Source: Fistulifera solaris (Eukaryota). Taken from it: a DNA stretch of 64,000 nucleotides. Positions 36,567-50,600 of this stretch are shown piece after piece. Numbering within the stretch: the stretch's first letter is position 1; each line of letters starts with the position of its first letter. The position numbers were made by a program, and so were the translations under genes. The notes beneath the pieces were generated by a model. The model did not search any database. It saw only the letters and a program-made list of their open reading frames with translations, and was not told the origin of the DNA. The stretch is taken from NCBI GenBank assembly GCA_030295235.1, contig AP026139.1, positions 496,001-560,000 on the forward strand, given 5' to 3'.

Positions 36567-37682
36567 ATGGCAACAGATGTGGAAAAACCAGCAAAGCTAG
36601 ATCAGGAGAGATTAGTCCGATCACTGACGGAGCTGTTTGCTGACGAAGAAGGGATTCCGTTGATTGATTACGCATCGACCCTTCATCAATTGTCACAGCG
36701 AGACGATGACTCGTTTCGGTCTTCAGAGGAAACTACCAGTGATTTCGAGGATAGCAATGCCCTAGAATTTATGGATGCACAAGAATTTTGGAAAACCTTT
36801 GCGTTGTTGTTGTCGGTTGATCGAAATCTATCGACAGTCGAACTCGACGCTCTAAAGTCCGAAGTACGTTATCAGCATCAGAGAAATTCCCAAACGAAAC
36901 CCCGTCGAAAGTCTTCCATTCGCCGCCGAAAAGTGTATCGTGCCGAGGGAGAGGTAGAAGTTAACGCGGACGCCTTGGTGGCTCCGGTAACCACAACAAC
37001 AACAACAACGACTCGGCTACGCGTTCGAAAAATTTCGAAATCAAAAGATGGGGATTCTAATGACAGTCCGGTGACTTCCAGAGGGCGTAGTCCCAGTAGT
37101 TCGACTAGAAGAAATAGTTTACCAAGACGTGCCAGTAGCAGGCCGCGACGAAATAGTATCAGCGACGTTGAGATACTGAAATGTCCGTCGACTCCCAATG
37201 CTCGTGCCTCGAGTCGATCGAAAGGACGGACACGTCGTTTATCGATTGGGAAATCCCCGCGAAGAATGTACGATACTAATAAAAACAACGAGGGGACAGA
37301 AGACGAAGACGACAACCCTGACCCAGTGCCCGAGAGTCCCAAAATTGGTCAGCTTTACTTGTCCTCGGTCGATGTCGAAAAAATCAAACAGGCCATGGTA
37401 GCGCGTACGGTAAAAGTAACGGACGAGAAACCCTCCCGGCGAGGAAGTTGGTTGGATACTCCCAAAGCTCTCATTGGTATGGCTCTACCAGGAGGTTCGA
37501 AACCATCGTCGCCGAAATCACCCAATGCGTACAAACCACTCGACGATCCGGTCATTAGTTGGGTTCGAGTAGCACCACCATCTACTTCCATTCTGAGAAA
37601 GAAGTCGTCCCCGCGGCGTTCCTCGACTACTTCTCCTGCCGCGACACCCCGACACACTCCCGAAACAATTCGGGTGATTTGA
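36567..37682 (+). CDS. Ser/Arg/Pro-rich low-complexity protein of unknown function
   Basis: 371-aa open frame with many RRxS and SP motifs and no recognisable domain. Confidence 0.65.
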   Translation: MATDVEKPAKLDQERLVRSLTELFADEEGIPLIDYASTLHQLSQRDDDSFRSSEETTSDFEDSNALEFMDAQEFWKTFALLLSVDRNLSTVELDALKSEVRYQHQRNSQTKPRRKSSIRRRKVYRAEGEVEVNADALVAPVTTTTTTTTRLRVRKISKSKDGDSNDSPVTSRGRSPSSSTRRNSLPRRASSRPRRNSISDVEILKCPSTPNARASSRSKGRTRRLSIGKSPRRMYDTNKNNEGTEDEDDNPDPVPESPKIGQLYLSSVDVEKIKQAMVARTVKVTDEKPSRRGSWLDTPKALIGMALPGGSKPSSPKSPNAYKPLDDPVISWVRVAPPSTSILRKKSSPRRSSTTSPAATPRHTPETIRVI

Positions 37683-38048
37683 CTCCTCATGCGAAACAAT
37701 TGCACGCTATTCCGATGGGGAGCCTGTACTCCTTCAAAAGTGGGTATGATACATAGATTATTACTTTGATACAGTTCTTGTGTCCGAAAAGTGTATTGTA
37801 GGATGAAGAATTGTAGGCGGGAAATGAATTGAATGCGCTGGATTGAGGATATGATTCTTTCATTAATTTGAGGAAAACTAGCTCGCTAGCGTTCAGTCCC
37901 GAGAAAAACGAGAACACGCAAGGGAACGAATGAAGCTCAGTCACGAGTCAACGAGCGGCGACGGCGCACCTCATTATTTCCAATGGAAAAAACGCTCCAT
38001 TATAAAGAAAATCTCGACTGGCTGCCAGTTCGCCTCCTCCACAGAACG

Positions 38049-38701
38049 AATGATGAAGAACGAAACCAAGTATATCAGCAGACTACTTGTTGTCTTGATA
38101 CTATATGCAGCACAGATAAGGGGCTGGACGATAATTCACACGAAGAAGCGACCAGAACGCAGGGTTGCCCGCTGTACTTTAAAAATTTCGAATTCCGATG
38201 ACAGCATTGACAGCCTCCACAATTTACACAAATTACTTTCACCTTCCGACAAATGTCAAGTGGATCAAATGAGCTCTACAGATCTAGCCTATGTTGGAGA
38301 TGCCGTATATGAATTACTGATTCGAACTACAAAAGTTTGGCCTTCCAAACGGACATCGGATTTGCAAAGTCAAGTCGTATCGATTGTGAGAGGTACGTAT
38401 CTAGAGTGATTTCCTGGATGTCTCTTTGTATGTCTGATTAAATGTTCCTCGATTAGCCGAGCATCAGGCTTTATTGCTCAAATCTCTCAAGGAAAGCTTT
38501 GTGCTCACCGACAAAGAACATCAAATACTCAATCGAGGCCGCAATAGTGTCTCGAAAAGCAATCGCCGCGATCCGGTGGCCTATCAAGATGCAACAGCGT
38601 TAGAAGCATTAATAGGCTACTTGTATATAACAGATACACCAAGGTGCAGTCAACTTCTCGAGTGGATTCACAATACGATCGATTCGAATGAGCTTTCGTG
38701 A
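38049..38701 (+). CDS. Mini-ribonuclease III, probably plastid-targeted, with intron at about 38393-38456
   Basis: LAYVGDAVYEL, VSIVRA EHQA, LNRGRNS and YQDATALEALIGYLY, with an N-terminal hydrophobic presequence. Confidence 0.9.
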
Positions 38702-38729
38702 ATAAAAATGGTTATTCGATTTTGTGTTT

Positions 38730-39608
38730 CTAATTTTCTACTGTGGCTCTCCAAACCAAAGCCAAATAAAGACCTAGCGCTTGAAACGCAAACGCGACCA
38801 ACCAAAACTGTACCCCCACACATCGAGGATGGCAGCAGCGAAATAATTTGCTACAGGCCACGGCATCACTTCCATCGGCCGTCCGAGTAATCAAGTCGTC
38901 GTAAATATCTCGAACTGCATAATAACCGATGTATACACCGTAGAACAATGTGATATACTCCAAGAATGGATCAAACACGAACCACTCGATGAAGACCGCG
39001 ACGGCATTAAGCGCCGAAAATCCTAGCGAAATCATGACCATCATGGAGTTTGGCTTGTAACTAGATTGCATTGCGGTTAGAAAAATGAAAATATGAGGTC
39101 AGTTCTATCAAAAAAAAAGAATTGCTCACGTACCACAGAGAGAATAAAAGGGCACCCGTGATCATACCAGCGACCACTGTCGCACCGATTCGATTGCCAC
39201 TCATGGCAACAAACGCGCCACCCCAAAAGGCGCTTCCTACGTATCCCGCTGGAATGACTAAACATTGACATCCACCTCTATATTTCGTGACCCCACCTTC
39301 ATTCTGGTCTGAGTTTGAGAGAAAGTATATGGTAGAGTGAGATGACCAAAAAGTAGAATCGGCAAATTAGAGCGCGTCATCGTCATGCCAACCAACGTAC
39401 ACACTTCAATGGCGTCGAGCTTCCCTCCAGTCAATACACAAGCACTGGTGTGTCCAAATTCGTGAACAAATACACTCAGTACATTCATCGGTTTCATCAG
39501 AAAGGTTCGAAACAGTAGAGCAAAAACAATGACGTAGATTCCGTAAAAGATGAGAAAGAGTCTCTCTTCATCGCCGCAACAATTTTCGAGTTCCCAATCG
39601 ATGTTCAT
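38730..39608 (-). CDS. Peptidase M50B-like membrane protein, with several introns
   Basis: VFVHEFGH zinc motif, PAGYVGSAFWG and IYDDLITRTADGSDA. Confidence 0.85.
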
Positions 39609-40341
39609 TTTGGTGATTTGCGGAGGGAGAGGGGGGGAGGAACTGGTAGTGAGTGAATGAACTGAAATAAATAATGAGATCTCCGACCGTATTTTGTTCG
39701 AAAAAGGTGAGAGTGATGCCGACCCAACCGGCTAAAAAGAACTCGTTGATGTTGTCGTCGAAGGATTTCGAATGTGTGCGACCCGTCAACTCCGCGACAC
39801 CCGGACTGAGTCGCGAGGACGAGTCCCGCCAGTTGTATTTTTTCTAACAATTAGGTCATTGTCTCGGGAACGGTCATAGTGTGATGTCGGGATGGATAGT
39901 TTACTCAGTGTCACTTTGTACTTTCCCAATCTCATGCCCTTTATGTGTCATACGACTTTCATTTAAACATTCCTACCGATGCGACTGTTGGTGGATTCTT
40001 CATGTTTTGCATTACGCCTGCATTCCCGAACAAGAGGTCACCGTTCCATTCAGAATTATCGTGGCCCCCCGTCCCCACGGCAAGCCCTACGGACTAACTA
40101 TCGCCAAACGCAGAGCGAACCCGCGGAATTTTTTGGCCGCCTCATCGTATTATTTTGTTAAGTTGGACATCCAATAACGTTACCCTCGTTGTTGCACGAA
40201 AATAGTATATTCGAAGTAATCAGCATATAATAGCCAGCACTCATCATTATTGACTCACAATGAATCGTTCGTTCCGCAAAACATTTCGAAAAAAGCCCAA
40301 AGCCAAAGCTCCGGTATGGGAAGAAGCACTGGCGAATCTTA

Positions 40342-40896
40342 ATGCGCTCCTTCAGAAACATCCGAGCGAGGGAAGAAAAAATGAATGGTTTGGTATCCGC
40401 ATTGATTGAACTCCAACAAGAGTACCGTGCCTCCGTGGCGCACTGTGAGAGATTACAACACAAAGTAGCAGAGCTAAAAAGAGAAGTAGAACAGAAAGAC
40501 CAACTGTTACAAGAACGTTCCTTGCAAATTGAGGCGGCGCACTTTCGCATCTCGGGGCTGACCTATCTTGAGCGCACCGAACGAGTCGTCGTCGAGAATG
40601 AGGAAGAAGAAAAGAAACCGGATGAAGAGGAGCACTTGAATGACGACAATCGACACAGGAAAGACAAAAAGATAGGCCGACGTCCTGAAGTGGAAGACAA
40701 AATTATACGAGAAGATAGAGTAAGGAATGATCCTTCGAATCCAGCCGTACGAAAGATGGAAGAATGTTGGAAACCTGCGTATTTTGGAAACCCTGCGGAA
40801 CAGAATAATCAAACAATGGGATGTTCTCACTCACCACCAAGTTCCGTGCAGGATATGGGGCATGCAATTGACATGGTGGAAACACTGGAAATTTAA
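40342..40896 (+). CDS. Coiled-coil protein of unknown function
   Basis: 184-aa ORF with heptad-rich ELQQEY...AELKREVEQKDQLL. Confidence 0.55.
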   Translation: MRSFRNIRAREEKMNGLVSALIELQQEYRASVAHCERLQHKVAELKREVEQKDQLLQERSLQIEAAHFRISGLTYLERTERVVVENEEEEKKPDEEEHLNDDNRHRKDKKIGRRPEVEDKIIREDRVRNDPSNPAVRKMEECWKPAYFGNPAEQNNQTMGCSHSPPSSVQDMGHAIDMVETLEI

Positions 40897-41598
40897 CAAT
40901 GTCACGTGTCATCAATGGATTGATTGATTTGAAGAGGCACATCATTCTGTTGGAAAAGTCATGTGTTTTGTTCGAGTGCAACAGTCTGGGAGGCACCTTG
41001 GGTGAGTCCTCTTGTTATTGTTGGAAATTCTAGTAAATTTCAGCAATACGGACAAACGACGCCGCAACTTTGCCTTTTTACCGCGTCGCCATGATAGAAA
41101 GAGCGCATTGCCTTAAAGTGGGTTCGATATTCTTAGGAGATAGCACAATGTGCGTTCTGCCTTGTGCCAATGTTCATATCTCTAGCGCAAATAATATCTT
41201 CATTCGTTAAAGGGTTGAAACGAGAGAAGGAATAGGTCTACTCCGCATGGATGAAAAGGTCGAGTGAACTATTAAATTCAACTAGCGTTTATGAGATTAT
41301 GAGCTGTATAGTCTATGTTTCACAATTCGTGACCGATCAGCATAGCAGTAAATCACGAAGCGTCTGTACTACGTTCACATGATGGCGATAACGCTAATCA
41401 TCATCGAGAATAACGATGAATGGGGCGAGTTTATTATTTCGTAAAAGATGCGCGACGCACAAAAACGAGTGGAAGCGACGCAACACGCAACCATAAAAGA
41501 CAAGAATACTGTTAACAAGACAAGCATCGTTGTTCAAACTAGTCTCTCAAGATCTCTTATTTTACCAGCTTCATACAAATCATCATTCTTGAGCCAGC

Positions 41599-43298
41599 AT
41601 GACAAGTTCTTTGCAAGAAATTTCACCCAACGCTGAAATCGTCAGCAAGCAACAAGCCCTCCGCGTCAACACCAATGCGGCCGTAGGACTCATGAATGTC
41701 CTTAAAAGCAATTTAGGACCGACGGGGACTCTCAAATTGTTAGTCGGCGGTGCTGGGCAACTCAAATTGACCAAAGATGGATTAACCCTGCTCAAAGAAA
41801 TGCAAATTCAACACCCAACGGCGGCGATGATTGCCCGGAGTGCGACCGCACAAGACGATATTACCGGGGATGGCACGACGAGCACCGTTCTCTTGACGGG
41901 AGAATTGTTGCGTCTCGCGGAACAGTATGTCGCAGAAGGTCTGCATCCACGGATTTTGACGGATGGTTTGGATCGGGCGCGGGATGCCTGTGCGGACTTT
42001 CTCAAATCGGACTTTCAAGTGGCCTTGGGGAGGATGTCATTCAGAATTCCGATGTACTCATTAGTACAGCACGAACTTCGTTGCAGACAAAATTGGATTT
42101 GGCGTTGGTGGAAAAGGTACGTGTGGCTCGTTGTGAACATGGATCCTTTGCTAAACTCATGTTCTTGTCACTCATCGTGTTCAAGATTGCGCGAGCTGTG
42201 GTAGATGCCATTCAGACGATCTATACCAAAGACGCACCATTAGACTTAAATAGAGTCGAAATCATTACTATGGAACGTCAATCGGCCATGGACAGCCGAT
42301 TTGTGCGAGGCCTTGTCCTCGATCATGGGGGAAGACATCCAGACATGCCCAAGGTACTCAAAAATGTCCACATTATGACTTGCAACATCTCTTTGGAATA
42401 TGAACAGACCGAAACACAAGCAGGTTTTGTCTATTCTACCGCAGAAGAACGAGAAAAGTTGGTCGAGTCAGAACGAAAATGGTTGGATGAGCGTTGTCGG
42501 AAGATTGTGTCATTCAAGCGATCGGTTTGTGGGCCGGACGAAACATTCTGTATTATCAATCAGAAAGGAGTCGATCCCTTGTCGCTCGATATCTTTGCCA
42601 AAGAGGGCATATTGTGCCTTCGTCGAGCGAAGAGACGTAATATGGAACGTCTCACCTTGGCATGTGGAGGATCGCCGATTTTGAGTTTGGAAGATTTGGA
42701 CAAGAAGCAGTTGGGATATGCTGGAAAAGTGTCGGAAGTATCCTATGGCGAGGACAAGTATACATTTGTGGAGGACTGTCCCAACAATGCACAGTCATGC
42801 ACGCTTTTGCTGCAGGGACCGAATGAGCTTACCACGGCGCAAGTGAAAGATGCGGTCAAAGATGGACTCCGCGCTGTCAAGAACACCGTCGAAGACAAGG
42901 CTGTTGTACCGGGAGGCGGGGCATTTGAGATTGCAGCTCATATGTATTTGCACGAGAAAGTTGTACCCGAAACGGCCGGTAAAACGAAACTCGGAGTTCA
43001 AGTATTTGCCGATGCCCTGCTCATTATCCCCAAAACATTGGCAGCGAATGCTGGGTATGATGTTCAAGAGTCGATACTGAAATTGAAAGATGAACGAAAA
43101 GCGACTGGTATGGCTATTGGCATGAATTGTAGGACGGGAGAGCCAATGCTGCCCGAGACCGAGGGAGTATGGGACAATGTTCGAGTCAAGCGTCAGTCTA
43201 TTTACTTGTCGACTGTTCTCGCCAATCAACTACTCTTGGTTGATGAAGTCATGCGTGCGGGGAAGCAAATGGGAAAACCGAAACCAGAAGACATGTGA
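41599..43298 (+). CDS. CCT6: T-complex protein 1 subunit zeta, with intron at about 42117-42185 and an indel in a G-run near 42028
   Basis: NLGPTGTLKLLVGGAG.LKLTKDG, GDGTTS, GLVLDHGGRHPDMP, LRRAKRRNMERL and LLVDEVMRAG. Confidence 0.96.
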
Positions 43299-44259
43299 GC
43301 CTGCTGTCAAGAAGTTGTGAGCACAACAACGTCGTACGGATCGCTAATGTGAGACAAGAATATGTGTGGATGTCAGCCTGGGACAAATTGGCGGTAACGC
43401 TAAATGTGTCGTCGTTAAAAATAATATTGAGTCGAAAAACTAGGCAATACATTTTACTCGCTGTTCTATTTCTGATCGAATCATCCTTTTTCTTCTAGAA
43501 TACAAATAATGACGATTGTTGTTGTCGCCAAAACGCTCGAGCGGAACATTATTATTTTATGAACTGCGTCCCAAATAACAATAACTGCTGTCACACCTCT
43601 GAGTCGTATCGTATCGGTACAAGTAATAGTTTTCGAAGTGGGATTCAGGCGCACGCGAGACTGTTCTTCGCGCGCAAACAGCTCGATCCTTTCGAAAATT
43701 TGTGCGCCAGTTGTGTGAGAGTGCGCTTTGGATGAATCGGTACCGGGACCTGGTCAGACGTTATGCTTAAGTAATTTCAACAACGGATTAACAATTTAAA
43801 TTGCTATACAAGTATTCATACCAGTATTCTACGCTATACGCAACATTTCATACTGCTTTACTTATAGCCATTGGGTGGTGAGAATTTTGGCAGCGGCTCG
43901 TGTGAGCCCCATAAACAACCGAAAGACTTGGTGATTTCAACCGAAAACGAGCGGACCTCCCTCCCCCCCTTCAATTTTGGCAAGCCGAGTAGCTTCACTA
44001 GCATGCCCCTATAATCTCATGCAGCCACCTACGGATTTCGTGGCCCAGGACCAGAGGAAGAAGCGTTGGAAGCGTTTTGGTAGTTCGACTGAATCGGTGA
44101 GCACAGCTTCTCACTCATTCATTGCGTGGTCGGTGTCCCGCCATCTCGTCGTCTTCCGCCCAAACAACATTCCTTTTTTTTCGTTGGTACGGTGCTCGAT
44201 CTTGCGCTGTAAGGATTTATTGCTTCTTGGTTTTCCCTTTTGACTTTACCGCAAATAAC

Positions 44260-45194
44260 ATGCAATCTGTACTCGACAACCTGTGCCGGTGCTTTGGGTC
44301 GGATCCGGCAAATAATATGGCCTCGAATAATCTCGCCACGTCAACGATGGAACACAGCGATAGCATTCTCGAAAGTGATAAACCGGCAGCACCCGAGCGA
44401 GGAGATGTCGATACGACCCGTCAAGGGTCCAATTATTCCCGAATATCTTTACCTCCCACTCCGGATTTGAAACGACGCACCAAGTCGTTGTCTCTTCAAG
44501 ACAAGCAATGGGATAACCTTTTGTATCACCCGAAACGAAGAAGCACGCCCGACGAAAAACCCAAGACGATCTATTGGATGGATTTAGCATGGAACAAGCG
44601 CAAGCCGTGGCGAGAGCGAAACTCGAAGCGACACAACCTAACATGAATCGTAAAAGGAGACGCGGCGGCAAAGAAGACATTTTTCGATCGAAAAAGCCCG
44701 ATAGCCGCACCAGTGTAAATCCGGTTCATCGATTCCTTTCTAATCATCCCGCCATCATGAATTCCTTGTGTTTCGCTTCACCCGTCAAAGATTCCAGGAG
44801 TCATGAACCTACGGAAATTCTACTGCACAAGGACTCGATGCAATCGGAAGCGATATCGACAGCCGATGATACCGTGACTTCCACCGTGTACTACGAAACG
44901 ACCCGGCTGGCCGGTCTGCAACAAAAGAATCCGCCTATGCCTCTCTTTGACAGCTTTCAAGTTGAAGATAAAGATGGTGAGGAGATTCATCGTATCATTG
45001 CCACCCATTCCCATTCCTCGCAACGACTTCGTGAAATGTTCCGACAACAAGATTGGAAAGTAGATCTTTCCGATGATGATGAAGACGAAGAAGACAACGA
45101 CGAAGATCAAGTTATGCAAGAAGATGATATCCCTCCTCCCATGATCCATTCCAGCAGCGAAAGCTCGCGCAGCTCGAATGGGAAGCGCGTTTGA
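44260..45194 (+). CDS. Uncharacterised low-complexity protein (indel near 44555)
   Basis: ORFs 44260-44646 and 44574-45194 overlap across an A-run. No domain recognised. Confidence 0.55.
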
Positions 45195-45488
45195 TGGACT
45201 TGAAAGCTAAACGTATTTGTATAAAAGGATATTGAAAACGATGATAGTACCATATATTTGCATATTTTGACCTCTTCTACTTTCGATCAAACCTCAGATT
45301 TTGGGCGTGCAGTTACCCAAGTGTCAAAATAAACTAAACATCTTGTCAACAAACTTGATCATTTAATACCGCCCTCTAAAAAGAAGTTAGGAAGCTAAAG
45401 CCACTACCACGCGCTCTAGATAGTCATCGATTGAATTGCAAAGAAATAAGCTGAACAGAAATTTCAAACGTCCATGTGTTTTAGAAAG

Positions 45489-46250
45489 TTATTTTGTCAA
45501 GCTCATAATAGAGTTCACCAGATCGCCATCGTTCTCTTTCAAAGCCTTGACGGCAACAGCACGACTGCATCCAACTTGACTGACAACCAGATCAATGTCC
45601 TTGGCTTCCAGTCCGGTTTCATCCACAGCTTCTTCCGCCGGGGCCGCGGCGGCAGCAGCATCGGCCGAGGCGTCCAAGGCGGCAGCTGCCGAAGGAGGCA
45701 TGGCCTGGAACTGCTTGGCAGCAGCAGCGGCATTGGCGGCCGAAGAATCTTCGCTCTTGGCTTCGCCAAAGACAACAAAGGAATCCGCATTGGGTGACTT
45801 GTAAACATCGGGCTTGTTGATGACAAACAAGACGTTTTTGGACTTTTTGACAGTCACACGCAAAACACCAGGTACGGGGCGCATGCCAAGCTTTTGCATA
45901 GCTTTGCGAGACTTCTTCTCGTTGCGGTTCTGTTGCTTGTTCATCTCATTGGCTTGCATGGCGGCCGCGGCTTGGGCCATGAGGGCAGGATCCATGCCAG
46001 CAAGATCGGGGATCTCGTCCGCATCGCCTTCTGCGGGGGTCTCGAGTTGCGGGATGTCGTCAATTTCTTCAATCTAAAAATAGATGGAGAGTTATATTAG
46101 ACTGAATTCGCAACGCTTTAAGAGACAACAGTGCTCAAGAAAGGGAAGGGATAACCTGTTCTCGCAACTCTGTTTTTTAGAGCTCGTGCGTTCGGCACAA
46201 AATGATCTCATGCGTAATTTTAAAACATCCTTTCCTCTTACCTCAGGCAT
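45489..46250 (-). CDS. NACA: Nascent polypeptide-associated complex alpha subunit, with micro-exon MPE and intron 46074-46241
   Basis: [41 protein letters not shown] and the C-terminal [11 protein letters not shown]...[20 protein letters not shown]. Confidence 0.96.
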
Positions 46251-46672
46251 AATTGTTGATTTTGAAAAGTAAAGATATAGCTGCGATTAACGTTAGTAAA
46301 TAGCTTGTTGTCAGGAAGGTGAAGTCAAAAGGGTGGATGCACCATGATTTTCACGAGCTTCGAGAAAGGCGTCTCGAGAGCCACACAATAAACTGTGACG
46401 AAATTTTCATGTCTCGAGCCGGACATTGAGTCATGAATGGAATGGCACGATTCATTCGCTCGTTTGAACTATGGTGTGAATTGTAAGAGTGACACTTTGT
46501 GAACGAGCAATATTTCAGTCCCGGAAGTTTTCGACCGCAGAACGCATAACCGCATTACTAGGTACGCGACTAGGTAACCTTACTTCAGTTTACACAAGAG
46601 ATTGAAAAGTAAGTTTTGAGAGAGCAATTTATGATTCCTTGTTCCTTGCTGTTGGTATTTCTTCCTATTAAA

Positions 46673-47052
46673 TTAATTATCTTGCAAATCGGTTGACTGA
46701 ACATCCACCGTTTCAAACTCATTGTCCGCTATTCCGAACGCAACATGAAGAACGGAATTGTCTTTAATCTCATATTCAACCAGTTTATCTTCGTCATCTA
46801 AAACCGTGGGCCCGTCCGGGTGAATGAGCTGCAACTGAACGTTGGCGTCTTGGGAATGCTGTGCGACCGCATTTTTAATTTTCTGTTTCAGTGACAACAC
46901 CGTGTCCGACGCGTTGCATAGAAAGCAGAACGTCTGGTTCTTTCGTTTTACTCTTATGAAACTGAAGAGATGGAAACAAAGAGGGATAAGTGCGAGATGT
47001 TTTCGAATATTGAACACTGAATCGAGCAGGATACGTACAGGGGAGGGTCCAT
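46673..47052 (-). CDS. Ubiquitin-like protein, Elongin-B-like, with intron 46962-47038
   Basis: Spliced product MDPPLFIRVKRKNQTFCFLCNASDTVLSLKQKI...VLDDEDKLVEYEIKDNSVLHVAF...FE. Confidence 0.75.
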
Positions 47053-47611
47053 TTTATGTCCGATTTGAATCTCGAAACAAGCGCAACGCCACCTAATTTC
47101 TACCGGGAATTTCTTTTTTTGAAGTAACACTCGTATATACTTTGATTGAGGTCGAAGGTCGAAAGGACGACGTTTTATCTTACTTCGCAACAAATAATGC
47201 GTAACGCGTCCGATGAGGTGCAGATCGCGATCGTCATGAAGAAATCCTACCGGTACCGGTACCGTTATTACTAGGAACGAGGTTATTAGCAAGTCGCTTT
47301 GGCTTTAACTTGACGAGGAATAACAAAATAATTAAAAAGACGGTTGACTATTTATTTGTCTATAGGAACGATTTAGAACGAGCTATCTTCCGCAATTTGC
47401 TCCCAATGAATTGTTCTTCGCCGTCAACGTGTGCGGAACATTGATAACATCTCAGGTCATCTCGATTAGCTTGCTCGAAGCTTCACACCGAAGTCGAGCG
47501 TATCCTTGACTCGTTTACCATTGTCTCATTTACCATAAATTTTGACTTTACAATACATTAATTTTCTGTCTATGAAGAGTATCTGTATTTTGAGGGCGCT
47601 GAAGCCCTCTA

Positions 47612-50600
47612 TCATTGCTGAGCTATTCGGTAAACAAGTGCTGTTTGTCCTCCGCCAACTGAAAAAGTCATCGGGTCTCCGGGAGGACTAGCCAGCGCAC
47701 CGAGTTCTTCAGTAAAACCAGGGTCCACAGTTTCAGTAATCTGAATCCATTCAGAGCTTGCTCCATCAAAATCAAGTCTCACGATTGTTCCGTTTGATTT
47801 TCCGATGATAAGTGATGTATCAGATCCAGCAAGCTGTAGGCTCGAACCAATTGCGTCCCCTTCGTCTCCAACGATTGATGTCATCTCTTCGAAGATATCA
47901 CCAATTTTTTCATAAACGACAACGCGACCACGGCCCTCCATGTATCCTGGTGCTCCAACTGCGATAAAGGTCGAAGAGAGCACTTTGACAGAGGATCCAC
48001 ATGCATCACCATCCGTTTCACCGCTTATAATGAGCGTACTTTCCCATATGCCGTTACGCTTTTCAAAGACACTAGCGTATCCCGCAGCATTACCAGGGGC
48101 ACCTGCCACAACCATCAGGCCAGATTCGTCGATATCAACGGCAAACCCTAAATTGTCACCGCCTTCAAAACCAACTTCCAAAGTTGCCAAAGTCCATGCT
48201 TCCGTGTATTCGAAGATATAAAATGCACCTCTTCCCAACAATGCATCGCTGCTGTATGTTGCAGAGCCGATAATTGCAACGCGGTTAGTACTCACTGCTA
48301 CTGAAGTTCCAAATGAGCCATCCAAGGCACCATCGCCACGTAGCGGTGCACCGATGCGCGTCAACACTCCGCCAGATGATTCGTAATAGTACGCTGCTCC
48401 TTCGCCACTGTTTACGAAAGGTGCACCCACTAGGAGCCCTTGTCCGCCTATATCCAACGACAGACCAAAGCCACCCGAAGTTTCTTCACCGTACAATTCT
48501 TCAGACTGTGTCCACTCTCCGTTCACACTGGTATATGTGTGGACGCTACCACTTCTCAGATAAGGTAAAGGGAGCACCAACGGCAAGCAGGGTGCTTGAC
48601 ATCGCTATAGACGATCCAAAGCCTGATTGGGAAATTTCGACACGAAATGGGCCACCCTCTATCGACCATTCCAATCGAGAATCGAATGTAGGAAGACCCG
48701 TCTGTGAGGGTACTGACGGAGCAGAACTGTCCGAAGTGGAAACAGGTGCAGTTGGTACTGAGACGGGAGTAGATGTTTCAATGGCTGGTGGCGCTGACGG
48801 CACTTCTGGTACTATTGGTGACAAAGTGGGCGAAGAAACCGGGATGGCGGCAGGAGCGGCAGGTTGTGGGCTTGGGTCGTCGGCCTCGTCATTTTGAGAC
48901 GTCTTGTAAAGGCTCACAACACCATCTACTTCTGATCCAATCGCTACGGAACCCGAGTTTGCGCCAGACACAGATATGCTGGTTACGGCAGAATAATCCG
49001 GATCTAGTTCTTCATACACCATCGACCATGACTGAGACAGTGCCGAATAGTCATATCGCACCACTTTGCCCTTTGCCGTGCCAACAACAACTTGGACAGA
49101 TTCGCCACTTGAACTTCCACTCAGAACATTGGGTTCCCCGAGACGGTCACCACGCTCTCCTATTATGTCAGAACCCAACTGCTTATAAACACCATCGTCT
49201 CCTCTACGGTAGACAACAATGCGGCCAGAACCACTCTCATAGTCCGGTGCACCAATGGCAAATGTATCGCCGTTGGCAGACAACATCGCAACAGACGCCC
49301 CGAACCTCTCGTTCTGTTCAGTTCCGGCAATGGAAAATACCAGCTCCCACGCCTCCGTTGATGATTCACCCACGTACTGGTAGACAAATACAAGACCAGG
49401 CTCGTCGTGTAGGTCGCCTCCAGGGCCACCGGCTATAAAGGCGGTTCCGTCCTTCGATATCGCAACGGAAGATCCAAACCGATCGCCGGTCCTCTCGCCC
49501 AAGAGCGGGGTAGACTCCAAAGCAGTCCAGGTAGATCCATCCCCGATCAGCCATTCGAAAGTGTAGACTCTACCGATCTCGAAGTCGTTGAGGTTACTGA
49601 TTGGAGCACCCACCACTACACGGTAAGAGTCTTTGGTTAAGGCCAGAGAGACGGCAGAGCCAAACGCTTCGTTCGCTGCGAACACGTCTTCGTCACCTCG
49701 CAACGTTTCTCCTACTTGCGACCAGCTCGATTCACTGTATTCGTACACATAAACTCCTCCGGCTTCTGTTGGAGCATCCTTTATGAACAAGAACGGGGAT
49801 CCAATCGCTGCAATTGTGCCTGAGACATCTACGGACCACCCAAAGCCACTGCCTTCTTGCTCGCCAAGAAGGTCACCTGCAACAAGCATTTCGTCTGAAC
49901 CATTGGTTTGGAAGCTTCGTACAAGACCCTGTCCTTCACTGGGTAGACCCGCTATTAAGAGACCACTGTCAAATGAAACACTTTTACCAAAACCAGTATT
50001 GGAACTATCTTCGAACGGACCACTAACAAGTTCGTATCTTGGTTGTGGAGCAGATGTCGGTCCCGGGGCTGGTGCTGGGACTGGGACTGGATCCTGACAA
50101 AGATGTGTGAGTTTAGCAATAAAATCGCGGTTTCGAGGAATCAAGTGTTCCTTACCTCTGGTGAGGGTGCTTTGGTTGGAAATGTAATACCACGGTCAGT
50201 GTTATCGTCATCCCTGTTTTGTAATGCCAACGGTATTGCAATGATCAGGGCAATTAAAATCAAGCAGATGGCGCACAAGAGACATAGCACAGCTGGAGAT
50301 TTCAGAGGGTTGTTGTTGTTGTTGTTTTCATCCAGCAGTTCTTTCACCCTTTCTTCATCATCGTTGTCAACAACTTTGTTTGAGGCTGCTTCCTTGTTGA
50401 GATCGACGTAATCAGTAGTGCCAACAAGTGATTGTTCCCTCTCGGAGTCTCGGTAAAAGAAATCGGAACCGCTTTCGGCAGTGTGATCTTCAGGAATTAC
50501 TTCCATCGTTCCACCCATCAGCATCGGCTCCCCGCCTTGCAACAAGGCTCTGTTGGATGCACCGTTCATCGCAGCTTGGATATCATCGTGAGACTGCACC

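Noticed and set aside
21714..43298. Programmed frameshifting or mass pseudogenisation of WDR46, TFB2, CCT6 and others
   Set aside because: Breaks sit in homopolymers of essential genes with otherwise intact sequence, so sequencing error is far more parsimonious.
46074..46241. NACA intron as a snoRNA host
   Set aside because: No canonical RUGAUGA/CUGA pair with a terminal stem was found.
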